Part shown: positions 1 through 12,199 of the stretch, piece by piece
Layout: every line of letters starts with the position of its first letter
How positions within the stretch are numbered: position 1 is the first letter of the stretch
Made by a program: the position numbers and the translations under genes
Assembly: GCA_004431415.1 (NCBI GenBank)
Contig: QPMI01000424.1
Span: 1-64,000, forward strand
Reading direction: 5' to 3'
DNA: 64,000 bases
From: Cyanophora paradoxa CCMP329
Lineage: Eukaryota > Plantae > Glaucophyta
The notes under the pieces: model-generated
Told to the model about the DNA's origin: nothing
The model's database searches: none
The model's input: the letters and a program-made list of their open reading frames with translations, nothing else

Positions 1-329
1 TTCCCGACCGCGGGGCAGGGTGTGGTGGGGCGGGGCGGGGCGGGGCGGGTCAGGGTGGCCATGGGGCAGGGCGGCCGCTGGGCGGGGCAGGGCGACCGCG
101 GGGCGGGCCCGTGGGGCTAGCCGGCGCCTGATAGTGTCTGTTAGTTTATTGAGCCTCTGCAAAACATTCAGGGGTGTGCGCCCGCAAGGAATCTATAGAT
201 CTATCTTTACCGCCGCCAGGGATCGGGCCCCGCTGCCTAGATATAGTCGGCGTCTGGCATGAGAGAGACTTGCGAATCTTGCTTGCAGCTGCGGACTTGG
301 CCTCTGTGACCGCCGCCGACGCACCCGGG

Positions 330-1445
330 CTTGGGATTTATGTTCTCACTTGCTATCCTCCGGCCGTCCCGGTCCCGCCGCGAAGGCTCGCGAGTAGGTC
401 GCCTGCGCTCACCTAGTCGCGCAGGGCGCGGCGTGAAGGCGGGGAGGCGTGCACGAAGTGAGAAATGGGCCGCCGATGTGTTCCGACCGCCCCCGCCGCA
501 AGGGCGCTGCGAGTCGAGCTCCCTGCATCCGCGCTATCGCGCGGGGCGCGGCGTCGAAGGGCGGGGAGGTGCGCACGACGCGAGAGATGAGCCGCCGCTG
601 CGCCTCGGCTGCCCCGCCGCGAAGGCGCAGCGATTCGGGGCGCCTGCGCTCGGCTTCTCGCGCGGGGCGTGGTGGGGAAGGGCGGTGAAGCGCGCACCAG
701 GCGATAGATGGGCCGCCGCTGCGTCTCGGCCGCCCCGGCCCTGCCGCGAATGCTCCGCGAGTCGGGTCGCCTGTGCTCACTTCTTCGCGCGGGGCGCGAC
801 GCGGAAGGGCGGGGATGCGCGCACCAAGCGAGAGATGAACCGCCGCTGCGCCCCGGCCGCCGTCGCCGCGCGGGCGCCGCGAGAGGTCCTCCTGCGCCCG
901 CCCCGTCGCGCGAAGCGCGGCGCCGAAGTGCGGGAGGCCCGCACCAAGCGAGAGATGGGCCGCCGCTGAGCCCCGCGAGTCGGGTCGCCTACGCTTGGCT
1001 TGTCGCGCGGGGCACGGCGGAGAAGGGCGGGGAGGCGCGCACCAATCTATAGATGGGCCGCCGCTGCTACACGGCCGCCCCCATCGCGAAGGTGCCGCAA
1101 GTCGAGCTACCTTCGCCCGCCCCGTTGCGCGGGGCGCGGCGAGGAAGGGCGGGGAGGCCCGCACCAAGCGAGACATGTGCCGCCGGTGCAAACCGGCCGC
1201 GCCGGCCCTGCCGCAAAGGCGCCGCGAATCGGGTCGCCTCCGTTCACCTAGCTCGTCGCGCGGGGAGCGGCGCTGAAGGGCGGGGAGGCGCGCACCAAGC
1301 GATAGATGGGCCGCCGCGGACGCTGCGTTCCGGCCACCCCCGCCGCGCGGGCGTCGCGAGTCGAGATCCCTGCCCCCGCCCCGTCGCGCGGGGCGCGGTG
1401 GCGACGGGTGTGGAGGCGCGCACCAAGCGAGAGATGAGCCAAGGC
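330..1445. repeat. GC-rich minisatellite, about 9 degenerate units of ~120 bp
   Basis: Core GAAGGGCGGGGAGGCGCGCACCAAGCGAGAGATGGGCCGCCG recurs near 435, 556, 677, 804, 925, 1022, 1144, 1276 and 1405. The overlapping Arg/Ala/Pro-rich ORFs are by-products. Confidence 0.85.
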
Positions 1446-1597
1446 TGCGCCCCGGGTGGCTTACTATATTATAGTCCATGTCCTAGCTAAAGATCTTCGC
1501 ATCGCGGACTGAAAGCAAGATGTCGAATAAGACTCACTCCCAGGATTCGAACCTGGGTCTAAGCGATGTGAGCAGCCGTCCGGGACGGCTGGTCTAG
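1446..1597 (+). mobile_element. Terminus of a host dispersed repeat, possibly a Helitron-like 3' end
   Basis: Homologous to 48022-48097 and 48868-48954. Ends in hairpin CAGCCGTCC-G-GGACGGCTG (1573-1591) then CTAG (1594-1597). The hairpin-CTAG spacing is shorter than in canonical Helitrons. Confidence 0.4.
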
Positions 1598-1726
1598 ATC
1601 TACGGGTACCGAATAGCAAAGCTTCAGCCCGAACCTTCAGCTAATAGCCAAGCTTCAGCCCTTTTTTGGAGCTTCGAATAGTGAGGAGGCGGCTGGTCAC
1701 TTCCCCTTATCGAGCGCACCATCCCG

Positions 1727-3274
1727 ATGTCCGACGAAGATGAATATCTGGCTTTGCGGCAGGTGAGTCGCACGTGTGCACTGCGTGACTCAAATGTGCA
1801 AGCAAAGCCAGAACTTCGGAACTTGTACTAATATGGCGTCCTCTACGCGCAGCGGCAGGCTAACGCGCTTGCACACTGGAACGCAGAGAAGAAGAACGAG
1901 GTTGAAGCGTTCCGACTCGCAGCTCAAGAGGTGCGCCTTATGCCGCGCAGTGCGAGGAGGGCCGCCGCTGCGCCGCGTAATTTGAGGCGTGGTTCGTAGA
2001 TAGGCAGTGTCGTCGATCATCACCAACCGGCTGCAATGTGGAAGACACAAGAACGCCGCCGGGGGAAGCAAAAGACGCAGGGGAGGAGGACCTTCTCTGG
2101 GCATAGCGGCGCCGCGACCGCAGCGACAAGCGGGACATCTACAGCGCCCGTGGCCCGCCCAAGCGTGGCCATTGCGAGTAGTAGCGTAGCTGCTAGCGGC
2201 CGAACGCACATGTGCTCGGCTGCAGAAGTCACAACGGTCGGTGGGCATGCACACCTTCAACCACCCCACATCGTAAAAACGGACGAGTCGCCAGCGGCGG
2301 TCAAGCCCACCGACTCGATGCTCGTGCCTCAGCTCGCCCGCGGCATCTGCATCGCCTGCGGCGAGGAGAGCCACCAGAACACAACGAGCCCTGCTCGCGC
2401 CATCGAGAGCGGCTTCGTGGTAAGAAACCTCAAGTGATTACAGTATATAGCTACACTACGAATCTGACACGTGGGCACAGGGGCATGTACTTGTCTGTAT
2501 GATGGAAGGAGGAGAGCTTGGCGCGAAAATTCAGGAAGCGCGCAAGGAGGTCATCGATGCGATCGACATCTTCTTTCGCGGGACTTCAGCGGGTATTGCA
2601 GTGCAACTTGCTCAAGAGCTACGACTCGTGAAAGCCAGAATCGATAGATTCCCTGAAGAACATATATCTTCGTCAGAGCAAGCGACCGATTCACTACGTA
2701 CCAGGATGACCCAGCCGCTGGAATTGAACGTGTGTACTCCTGCATTTATGTTTTCGTCCAGCACGCGTTGCGGTTGGGTGGCTGACTCAAGACACAGGAA
2801 GGGAACAGTGGCACCACTGAAGACGGGACTACGTCGGTCATTGCGCATGCCGTATGCAATGCAATCAGAGACGCGAAGTCAAACGTGGAGCGCGAACTGG
2901 GCTGGTTGCAATCGGTCTCAAGGTCGATCGGGAAGCTGGAGGGTCTTGCTTTCTACCTGGCGGATGAAGTTGTCACCCTGCGCAAACTTGCAGGGCAAGC
3001 AGGGGCGCCAGAGCAATCTGGTAATCTGCATCCCGCGCCAATAGAGCTGTCGCCTACTTCAGCCCCTCCGGCTTTCAGCTACTACGGCACAGAATCTTCG
3101 CACCCTCCCTTCAGAACCACAGGATCGCGGACCACCCGTGACCAACGTATTCTTATCGAACCTCTCTCTTTTTCGCCGGTTCTGCCGATCTCATCGTCAA
3201 CCATTTCGCCTGCGGCAGCTCGCCGTCCACCACCTTACACTCCTCCTATGTGTACGTTTTCCGTGCACTCATAG
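1727..3274 (+). CDS. Hypothetical multi-exon host/TE gene, exon structure uncertain
   Basis: ATG at 1727 (MSDEDEYLALRQ) followed by donor CAG|GTGAGT. Further open stretches at 2036-2437, 2499-2730 and 2885-3274 are separated by short intron-like segments. No family recognised. Confidence 0.3.
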
Positions 3275-3525
3275 TTCTTTCATTTAAAGTTACTAATCTC
3301 GTTCGTACAGAGCACGTGATTCGGTGGTGGTTGTCCATGTCCAATATCACACCATACTCTCAAGCTAGCCCCTCTAAATACACAATAAGCGGCTGCTTAC
3401 GATTACGACTGAATAAACTATACGTAGACTTGGGTTTTCCGAGCTATATACGCAGGCTATCGTTGTGGTACGAAGGTACCAGTGTTGCCTACAGTACTGT
3501 GCACAAACAATCAGGAGGGCATTGG

Positions 3526-3676
3526 AAATCTCTTTTGTGCGAAGCGGCAGACCGTAGTGTGCACGATGCCGGATAGCGAAGAACGTGGTGAGGTCCCGGC
3601 GGAGTCTATCGTACCAGGCGTAAACTCTGCCGCATGTGTGACCGGCAGCAGCGTACACATGCACGTTCGTAAATTT
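3526..3676 (-). repeat. 151-bp inverted duplicate of 8966-9116 (paralogous exon)
   Basis: Both copies encode F(T/A)NVHVYAAAG(H/Y)TCGRVYAWY(D/E)RLRRDLTTFFAIRHRAHYGLPL. Confidence 0.85.
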
Positions 3677-6587
3677 GTACGAAAGGTGAGCTGAGTCGAT
3701 TGTCATTGGATCACGTCTGTGCACGTGCTGCGTTTCAATGAACATCGTATGCGCTGGTCCTTTCTACGCTTGCTTGCTCCTTTCTCTTATGTTCGGGGGG
3801 TACCCTGTATCTATTTGCTTTGGTGATATCGGCTCTTTGGGATCCGCTTCCCGCGCTGCTGGTGTTCATCATCTACGCGAAGCGTGCGTATGCAACCCGC
3901 GTACTGCCTGGGTTATGCTGCGCGGGTGCTGGCCGACCTTTTAGCTGGGCTCTCGTCGACGTCGGAGCGGGGCTTGCATCTCTCACACTTCTTACGCAGC
4001 TCATTCTGACGGCAGGTATTAGAGGGCAAGACAGTACGGACTGCCTGTACGACCTTCTGGCGTCAGTCCCGAAGCCACGTCATCCGGCTCGTTCTGTCTT
4101 GCAATGAACATCACGCGTATGACACGTAAGTTTCTCCTTCGTGGTATTTCCGACGTTACGGGTTTGAAACCAGATCTCTGTCGTAGGTTCACGAATGCAG
4201 GATCTGGTGCAGCGGGTAAAATTTTCTTTTGACGTTGGTATTATTGCCGCGTCATTGCAAATGGACAGGTGTTCGAGAACCCTGGGATTTTCATTATTAT
4301 CGCATCTTTCATATGTGACAACCAGTACCGTGCTGTCGTCTGTGTGCTTGGTGGCGTCTGTCAGAGTTGGAGACGTATAGTACGTGTGGTTGCCGTGATT
4401 GATGCGGTACTGATGGGCCCTCGAGCTCATTTCTCTTGTCCTTCAGGCACGCAATTTCAAACCAGTGTCAGCTGTTTTTTTCGTGCAGGATGAAAATGGA
4501 CTTGTGCGCAGACCCATCGGTCAAGTTAATATAAGCGTGAATTCAATTGCGGAGGTGCGTTGTATTTCGCTTATGAGATCGCCCATGATCACCTCGGTAG
4601 CTAATGACATGATTCAGGCCGTTCGTATGCTAATATCGCATCCTAAGAAGTGTCTTCTCGAACATGTGCGTTTTCAGGGTTACGACGCTATGTAACATAT
4701 ACCTCACGTCCTTCGATGGCTCCTAGGTTTTGACAACAGTTACGAGGGTGGTGTTTATTACTTCACGTACAGAAGAAATATTCGTAGAACTCCCTCGTCT
4801 CGTGACTCATATTGGGTGTGCGGATATGCTAGTTGTCGAACTGTGCATATTTCGTGCACGTCCGTCACCGAATACGCTTTTTTTGGTTTGTTAATTCAAT
4901 TTCGGCTGTTGTGTTTCTATCTCATTTTTAATTATCAAATGAACAGGCAAGTCGGCAGGAAATGGAAATCGTACTGAAAGAATTTACGCGGAACTTACTA
5001 CACGCCATGGACACTGTGCCAGCACATGTAATTCCAGCTGGATTCGGTGTCTCAGTCACGACATTATCGTCTCTGCGCACAGGCCCAACCGTTCCATCAT
5101 CTACCAAAACATATATTGCTCATGCGCCACTTTTGGGGGGCTATCCGTCTGCTGCAATTTCCCATGTACGCGTCTTTTCTACAGTCGTGAATGCTTTAAT
5201 TAATAGAGCGTCCGTTGATATATTAAGCGCAGTTGGAGATTTGTTTGGATCCCAGAGAATCAGATCTGTTGATACTACACTCCGTCCTGGAACGACGGGA
5301 GAAGCCATTGAGTCTGGCAGGGATAGCATTGCAGTCGCAGCATTCGATATCTTCTGCAAGAGCACTCCGTCGCCATGAATCACTTGTCAGTGAAACATGG
5401 AGGCTCTCGGCTTTCATTTCACCTATATCGCATCGACTCAAGATATTCGGATTTTATATACGTATTAATGAGGACTGCCCATTGCAGTGCTGTGTGGATC
5501 CGATTGTCGATCCATTTCAACAGAGTATACCGCCGCTCGAAGTGTGCAAGATATTGACACCGGATCCTCGCACTGGGGCCGTTACTCTGGGTATATTTGC
5601 AAGAACTTGCAATGTGCTCATTTTCTTGTATATATGTTTGGGTGATTTTACGTTTATTCTGTCCTTAGGCAAAGGGGATGGCGGAGTTCCGGGAATTCCG
5701 ATATGCCTTTCGTTTGCTGGAATTGATTCTGGCGGAGATTTCTAAACCGTTCATTCTGTCATTTGAAGGGTGCGTGTTACGGTAGGGACTGTGAACTGGT
5801 TTTTCATTTTTCGTTTTCATCTGAATTGTCCTTGCTTTGTACAGATTAAATTTGTCGCATGTGGCGGGTCTTTTATTCGAGACAAGGATTGTGACATTAC
5901 TGGAACGTAACCCACCCCGTCATCTCATTCTTCGTGATTGTTATAAAATGGCCAACGATGCGAGGAACGGCATTATCGATAGTTTTAGTTTCCCAGTTAT
6001 TCGGACTGGGTGCCAGATTACATACGAATCATAATATTGAGTGATTGTTTGTCTGGTCAAGTACATATGCATGCATATAGAATCCTAAGCACTACTAGCC
6101 CAGTGTTCCACTGCCCCCCATCGACCCGCTGCCCCTCTGCACCCCTTCACCCCGGCCCCGAGTATCCCGTCGCCCACCAGTGCCCCGCCTCTTCTGGTCT
6201 CTAGCGCCCCGCTTCCTACGCCCCCTATCGTCCCACCCGCGCCGCCCTCTAGCACCCCGGCCCGTCACCCCTCTGCCGTCTCGCTTCCATCGGAGAGGAC
6301 CAGCGGGAGACAAACCGCCTAGACTCAGTGTTCCGCCGCCCCCCAGCAACCTTCTGCCCCCCCCTCAGCACACCGTCTTCCCCCATCGACATGACCCCAC
6401 TCTGACCCTACTCAGCATCCCGTCTCCCACCAGCGACCTGCTGTCCCCCACCGCCCCGTCCCCGCCGCCCTTTAGCGCAAACCCTCTGTTTCTCACTTGC
6501 CCCCCCCCCCCTCCTCCCCCCCCCTCCCCCCCCGCACCTCTCCGCCTCTCTAAACATCTGTCAGTCGATGATTGCATTTGTAAATGC

Positions 6588-7367
6588 CTACTTTTGCTTC
6601 GGGAATACCTGGATTGCAGACTCAAGGTGTTTAATGCTAGTTCTTAAAAAGCTGCTTGAACACCAAGCGTGTACCGAGCTCTTTCTCATGTCAGGACACC
6701 TACTTCCCGGTTGCTTCGTCGACATCTCATCAATGGCCTCTGATAAAATTACCATTTCGATCGACACCTTCTGAAGTCTCATCAGGACGCCGGACAGCTT
6801 AGCAGAATCATCGTCCGACAGTGGCAAAATTGGGAACGTTGGCCTTGTCAGAACTGCAAGCAATACGGCCGTGTGAACCAGACGTACGCTAGCAGCAATA
6901 TTAATGCCGATGTGCACGAGATGCACTGCGTACTTACTTGAATCGTCGCTTGCGCTGTCGCTGTCAGTGCCCTGCATATCGACATCCGACCCTGTTCGTG
7001 CCACCCTTTCAGTACACAGCGTGTTCGTTAGCAACCGATCGTACGTTCGGAATGCCAGATATGCACCTGTTGCATTCTGCCATTTCTCTGCCCAGTGGCA
7101 CGACGGGCAATCGCTATAGTCATCACCCCGGACACTCTGCGCGATCCCCATGCGCGTATGAGTCGGTAGACCGGTCCAACCTCGTGAAAACATGCCCGCG
7201 TACTTCCCGACCAGCGTCTGATTGCGAATCGCCTGACGCTTCTGCAAAGTGAAGTGCATATGAAATGCGTTAGCCTGCTGCGGACTCTGCACGTCTACAG
7301 CGAGCGCTGGTCTGAATGCGTCACCTCGCCCATGTTCGATAGGTGCTATCCCGGCTTCGCTCTCCAT
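6588..7367 (-). CDS. Hypothetical protein (probable first exons), divergent from the gene at 7489
   Basis: 259-aa ORF of ordinary composition with a CPSC motif. No family recognised. Confidence 0.3.
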   Translation of the reverse strand: MESEAGIAPIEHGRGDAFRPALAVDVQSPQQANAFHMHFTLQKRQAIRNQTLVGKYAGMFSRGWTGLPTHTRMGIAQSVRGDDYSDCPSCHWAEKWQNATGAYLAFRTYDRLLTNTLCTERVARTGSDVDMQGTDSDSASDDSSKYAVHLVHIGINIAASVRLVHTAVLLAVLTRPTFPILPLSDDDSAKLSGVLMRLQKVSIEMVILSEAIDEMSTKQPGSRCPDMRKSSVHAWCSSSFLRTSIKHLESAIQVFPKQK

Positions 7368-7488
7368 TAATGTGCAAACGGTAACCTTCCCGACGCGAGC
7401 ATCTACCCCTGTGCTGTCGCTCCGTCAGCGTCACTTCCGATAATAGCTGTCATCAGTCTCTCTCCGTACATCCTGTTCCTAGGCGGCC

Positions 7489-9277
7489 ATGTACGACTTG
7501 TACGATATCACAGGCGCGATCGATCATCCTCGGCGCAAGCTAGCATCATACCTCGCTGCGCGCTTTAATCTGAGTGCCTTATACAAGCCCACCGCCACCG
7601 ATCTATGTATCGCGCCCACCGAGGTTCGCACACACGCATGTTCTATCCTTTGCTTGCGCATCCGATCCGGTAAACACATGTTACTATAGCTACTCTCATG
7701 CGTGCTCCTACTCCAAGTTTTTACAGAGCGGTGATATGCTCGGAAGAGTCATTGACAATGGCTGCCGCGACCATGGGATCATCGGACCAGGATTGCCTGT
7801 GATGGACGGCTTTTATGCACATCCTGCGGCTTTGGGGGAGCGTCTCCGCGACCACGCCTTAATTTCGTACCTTCCTCCTGACATACCAAGCTGCGTGTTC
7901 ATATCAGGTCCGTCATTCGCCCATCGTTCCATACCTATGCCTACAAACATACGCATCCTCTCTACGCGCACAGGTGGCCTCCCCTTCAAAGCCCTCACGT
8001 GCCCGCCGATTGCCTACCGAATGGCATTGTACGCATGCATGCGAGAAAGCATGAGCGCGAACCGTTTGTCCTGATAGTAGCTTGCAGGAACGATATCGAC
8101 ATCTACGTAAAAGCCTCAACCGTGGCAGAATTCACTCGCGTCGTCAACGCCTTCTATCAAGCTGCGGCGCGCGCATCCGCAGAACGAGTCGCGCCTTACC
8201 TACCAAAGAATAAAACCGTGGATGTCTTCTGCGCACCTTTTGCCTACGGCATCCAGATCATGGCCCCAGGTGTCCTACCTCTGCAGGTGCCTGCTACATG
8301 CAGAATATTTCGAACGGTATCATTTCGATTTTCAAATTCTGTTCATCAGATCAGTGTCATGGGTTCGAATACTATTGAGCGTATAGTAGCATCGTACGAC
8401 CTCCCTGCATGTGCAATCTACGTGCCAGGAGACGACCTTAGCCACCCGGTCGCAACGTTTGCAGCGTGTATGACCCTCATCACGCACACAATTCCCATCA
8501 ACGTGGACTACCTGGGCCTTTTTCACCCCTTCTACTACGTTGAAAATGGCCACGTGTTAACCACGCATCATCCATACCACTGCGTGCCCCGGATTTTGAA
8601 ATACGTGCAAGACACCGGAGCTGGAGTACGTACTCTCTCGCATTCAATCCATACTACTGCTGGCCTCCGCGATCGTGTTCGTGGGTCATCGCTTTCTGGC
8701 ATCGAAGACGTTAACCCGCGATCAAGATCCGAACTCGAGTGCATAATGCATCCTGCCTCCGCAGCTGGCGTCCTGCAACTACTATGACACTCAAATGTGG
8801 TGCGCAGGAATCTGAGGGCGCGTCACCTGGATTGGATTGGTTGCGAAGGGGACACCGGTCTGCTTCCCTCAGGAGTACACCCTGTGCGTTTCTATTTTAT
8901 ACGATCATCGTGGCCGGTATCGAGTTCACCCGCAAAGTTAATGTGTTTGCGGCCAGTTCATGAAGAAATTTGCGAACGTGCATGTGTACGCTGCTGCCGG
9001 TTACACATGCGGAAGAGTTTACGCCTGGTACGAGAGACTCCGACGTGACCTCACCACGTTCTTCGCTATCCGGCATCGTGCACACTACGGTCTGCCGCTT
9101 CTCACACAAGAGATTTACGATGCCTTCAACGCTGCATTCGACGCCTCGGTGGCAGCAAGGGAATCGGACCCCAACAGAGTACGTCGCTACGTATACTATT
9201 CCTTCCGAATTCCTGCGACCCCCTGCTACTACAGTTCTTTCACTCCCCCCCAACCCCCAAGTAACTACAGCATGTGA
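7489..9277 (+). CDS. Intron-containing gene, candidate Pol-beta-like nucleotidyltransferase-fold protein
   Basis: Removing GT-AG introns 7908-7973 and 8029-8087 gives VFISGGLPFKAL...NDIDIY (GG + DxD), followed by IERIVASYDLPACAIY. Confidence 0.45.
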
Positions 9278-9763
9278 TCTCTAAACCCTCCTTGCGGTGG
9301 TGATCGTACCCGTATTCTTCATGTGCACATCTTCACGGGTGCAGTGTGGTGAACTCTGCATTCGACGCATCTGTTGCAGCAAGGGGATCGGACCCCGGCA
9401 TAGTTAAGCTTACTTTTTTTGCAAAAGCCCAACCGGGCAATGTTCGTATTAAGGACAACAACAGCCGCCCCGTCGCTGTCATCGACTGGGGGGGCGCCTT
9501 GGCTAGCTCTGAGGCTCTGCGGCATAGAGGGAAGACGTCCAGCTATCTTATCCTAGCTGTGAGCTATCGATCTGCGGCTTGAGGAGGGCCTGATGCATTG
9601 GTGTCCTTGGTCCTGTGGAAAAGGAGGGGAGGGGGAAGGCGAGGCGCACAGGGTGCTGGGGGTTGGCGGGGGGCGAGGCGTAGGGAGGGGAACACGGAGT
9701 GCGCGGAGCGCTGGGCAGGGAGTGGGGTACATGGCGGGGGTGAGGCGCTGGGGTCGGGGAGCT

Positions 9764-10046
9764 TGTCGGATAGGAGGATTCCCACCCGATTGGGCGCCCG
9801 CGCGGTCCAGCGCGGGGCCGGCTCCCTGTGCTGGAGCAGCTGTAGATGCAGGCTGGTGTATTCTCTGTGTACCCGGAAGACTACTGACACTGTACCCCTA
9901 GGATAGGTAGAGGCAGGCCAGCGTAGGCTACCGCGAGGTAAACCTACAGGAAGAGAGACTATGCTAAGGCACCGTAGACTGCGTCAGGCACCAACTAGCT
10001 CTAGTCACTAAGTCACCGCAAGGCCAGGGAATCGAGCCATGCGACA
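9764..10046 (-). repeat. 3' LTR (283 bp)
   Basis: Identical by eye to 45352-45634; TG...CA ends. Confidence 0.95.
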
Positions 10047-10060
10047 ACTCCTCTTCCGCT
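10047..10060 (-). promoter_or_regulatory. Polypurine tract (AGCGGAAGAGGAGT on minus)
   Basis: Abuts the LTR. The same motif recurs at 11887, 12007 and 12056. Confidence 0.7.
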
Positions 10061-12199
10061 GACGTCGCGTCCGCGCGACGTAGCCAGTCAAACCGTGACT
10101 CGGGTCGGCATAACCGCAAGAGAGCGTCCCCAACACCGCCAATGGGTGCGCCGCTCGAGGGCACCGACAGGCCCCAAGACGAGGAACCTGAGCCACAGCC
10201 CGGGGGCAGGAATGCAGACAGCTGCAGGCCAGGGAGAAGGCCAGGTAGATCCCGTCCAGGTCGATCCCGTCCAGGTCGTCCAGGTCGTGTGCAAGGCAAG
10301 GCAGGGTGAGGATGAGCATGCATATGCGTGCGTGCGTGCGATAAGCTCGGAAAGGGCAGAAAAGCATAAAAATCGCAGAAAGTGATACTGGCCCGAAACT
10401 CGCTCCGTACGGCGAGCACCGCAGGAGAGGGCACGGATGGGAAGTTTCACCGCCTCGGAAGAAAACAACGAGGAGGTATCCGGGCCACCCATCAGGCCCA
10501 ACGAAAGAGCGGGGCACGATAGAGTGAGCCGCCGACTACACGCCTTTCTGGGGCCGTGCACCAACGAAGCCCCACTCTACCACTCCTCTGAGCTCTAGGG
10601 CCCACGCTCCAGAAAAGGGAACGAAAGTCGTCAAGGAGCCAACACGCCACCGACCCACACTTGGCCCGACAAGACAGCGCAAGTGTGATCGGCCGACGTC
10701 TCCGAGAGAGGACAAGGCTGAGGCAAAGCTGGCAAAGAAATCTGCCCCCGCACCACATCTCACCACGATCACAGCGTCGCCCTCGGCATCCCCTCCTGGG
10801 ATCCTCGGCGCCGACAGTAGGGGCGAAGTATGGGTTTTGTTCAGGATGGTTGGTAGAGGTTCGCCCGTACCTCCGAGTACTCCAGTCCTCCGTCTTGACT
10901 CGCAATTGTTGACTTGAGCCTCCGATCTCGATCGCGATCCAAGGGCGGCCAGTTGTCGAGCGGCGACCGTACGCGTGGCCACGGGTGCACGCTCAGACGG
11001 CCGACCCTTGAGCCGCGCGGCGGTTAAGGGTAGCAACGTCAACGCTTCAACAATATCGATCCCGTGGCTTCACGCGCGCTAGCGTTAACGTTCCCATAGG
11101 GAATTGCGTAAGAAGCGCAGGGAGCGTAGGGAATGCATATATCTATGGCCTTGGACGAGATGGGGCGAGGACCCGAGACCGAGCCCTCGTTCTCGCGGTG
11201 TGCATGGCAGCGCTTGCGCTCGGCTGCTGGCGATGAAGCCAGACGACGATGCTCAAGATGGACGTGGCCATCGTCAAGACATGGCACGCGTGCTGGCCGC
11301 GAAACCCATCGGTCGTTCCTTAGGCCTGGTCTTCCTGTGATCTGGCTCTAGCCAGGCTCGTTGACGAGCTTGACGGACCATGATCGCAGGAAGGGGTGCT
11401 GCAGCGATCCGTGAGACTGCATGTTCACGGTGCCGAGACCCTCGAGATATTGGGAGTCCTGTTTGCGCATAGCCGCATCGTTACACGGCATGCAGTCGGC
11501 CGCTGAGATCCGATTCCGTTCCTTAAAATGCCGCATCAGTGAGTAGTGAGAACGGTGCACTGGCCGTAGCTGGGCTCTCAAGCTCTGTCGAAACAGCACT
11601 TGCCAGTCCGTTCCGGACACGGTCACCGGCAGTGCGCGTGACAACAGGGCCTGAGGGCCGTCAGCCCCAGTAGCACCGCCACCGATGGGTTTCTGAGGCG
11701 GAGGGTGGTCCGCCAAGGGCGAGACCCGGATCCCGGCAAGCCGCCGTGTGAGAAGGCCTCAGGGCGGTTGCAGTTTGGCTAGGTTCAGTCGACGTCGCTC
11801 AGCCTACGCTCAGCCTACGGACCGCAGCTCCAATCCGTAGCCGGCGCGACTGTGCATGCACACTCGAGTCTGACTCAGTGATCCCGACTCCTCTTCCGCT
11901 GAAGAGGGAAAGTCGGGGCGTGCCATGGTGGCAGGCACACGCCAATCGGGGAGGTGCTCTGGCGTCTGGCCAGGGGGCAGCCTTCTGCTGGGGCGCCGGT
12001 GTACGTACTCCTCTTCCGCTGAAGAGCGGAAGCGGGTGTCTGTGCACGTACACGTACTCCTCTTCCGCTGAAGAGCGGAAGCCGTAGCACAGCGAACTGC
12101 TCTCGATACCACCCCCCTTCGGTGAAGCACCGTCCCCGGTGCTCCACCTTCGAGGTTTCATTTGGATTTGCGAAAACTCTGGCCCTCTGGAGCCACGAG

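Noticed and set aside
20-1490. Long Arg/Ala/Pro/Gly-rich ORFs
   Set aside because: Products of a stop-poor GC-rich minisatellite, open in several frames on both strands.
1539-1557. tRNA gene (also ~48895-48913)
   Set aside because: Only a T-arm-like hairpin; no acceptor, D or anticodon arms could be folded.
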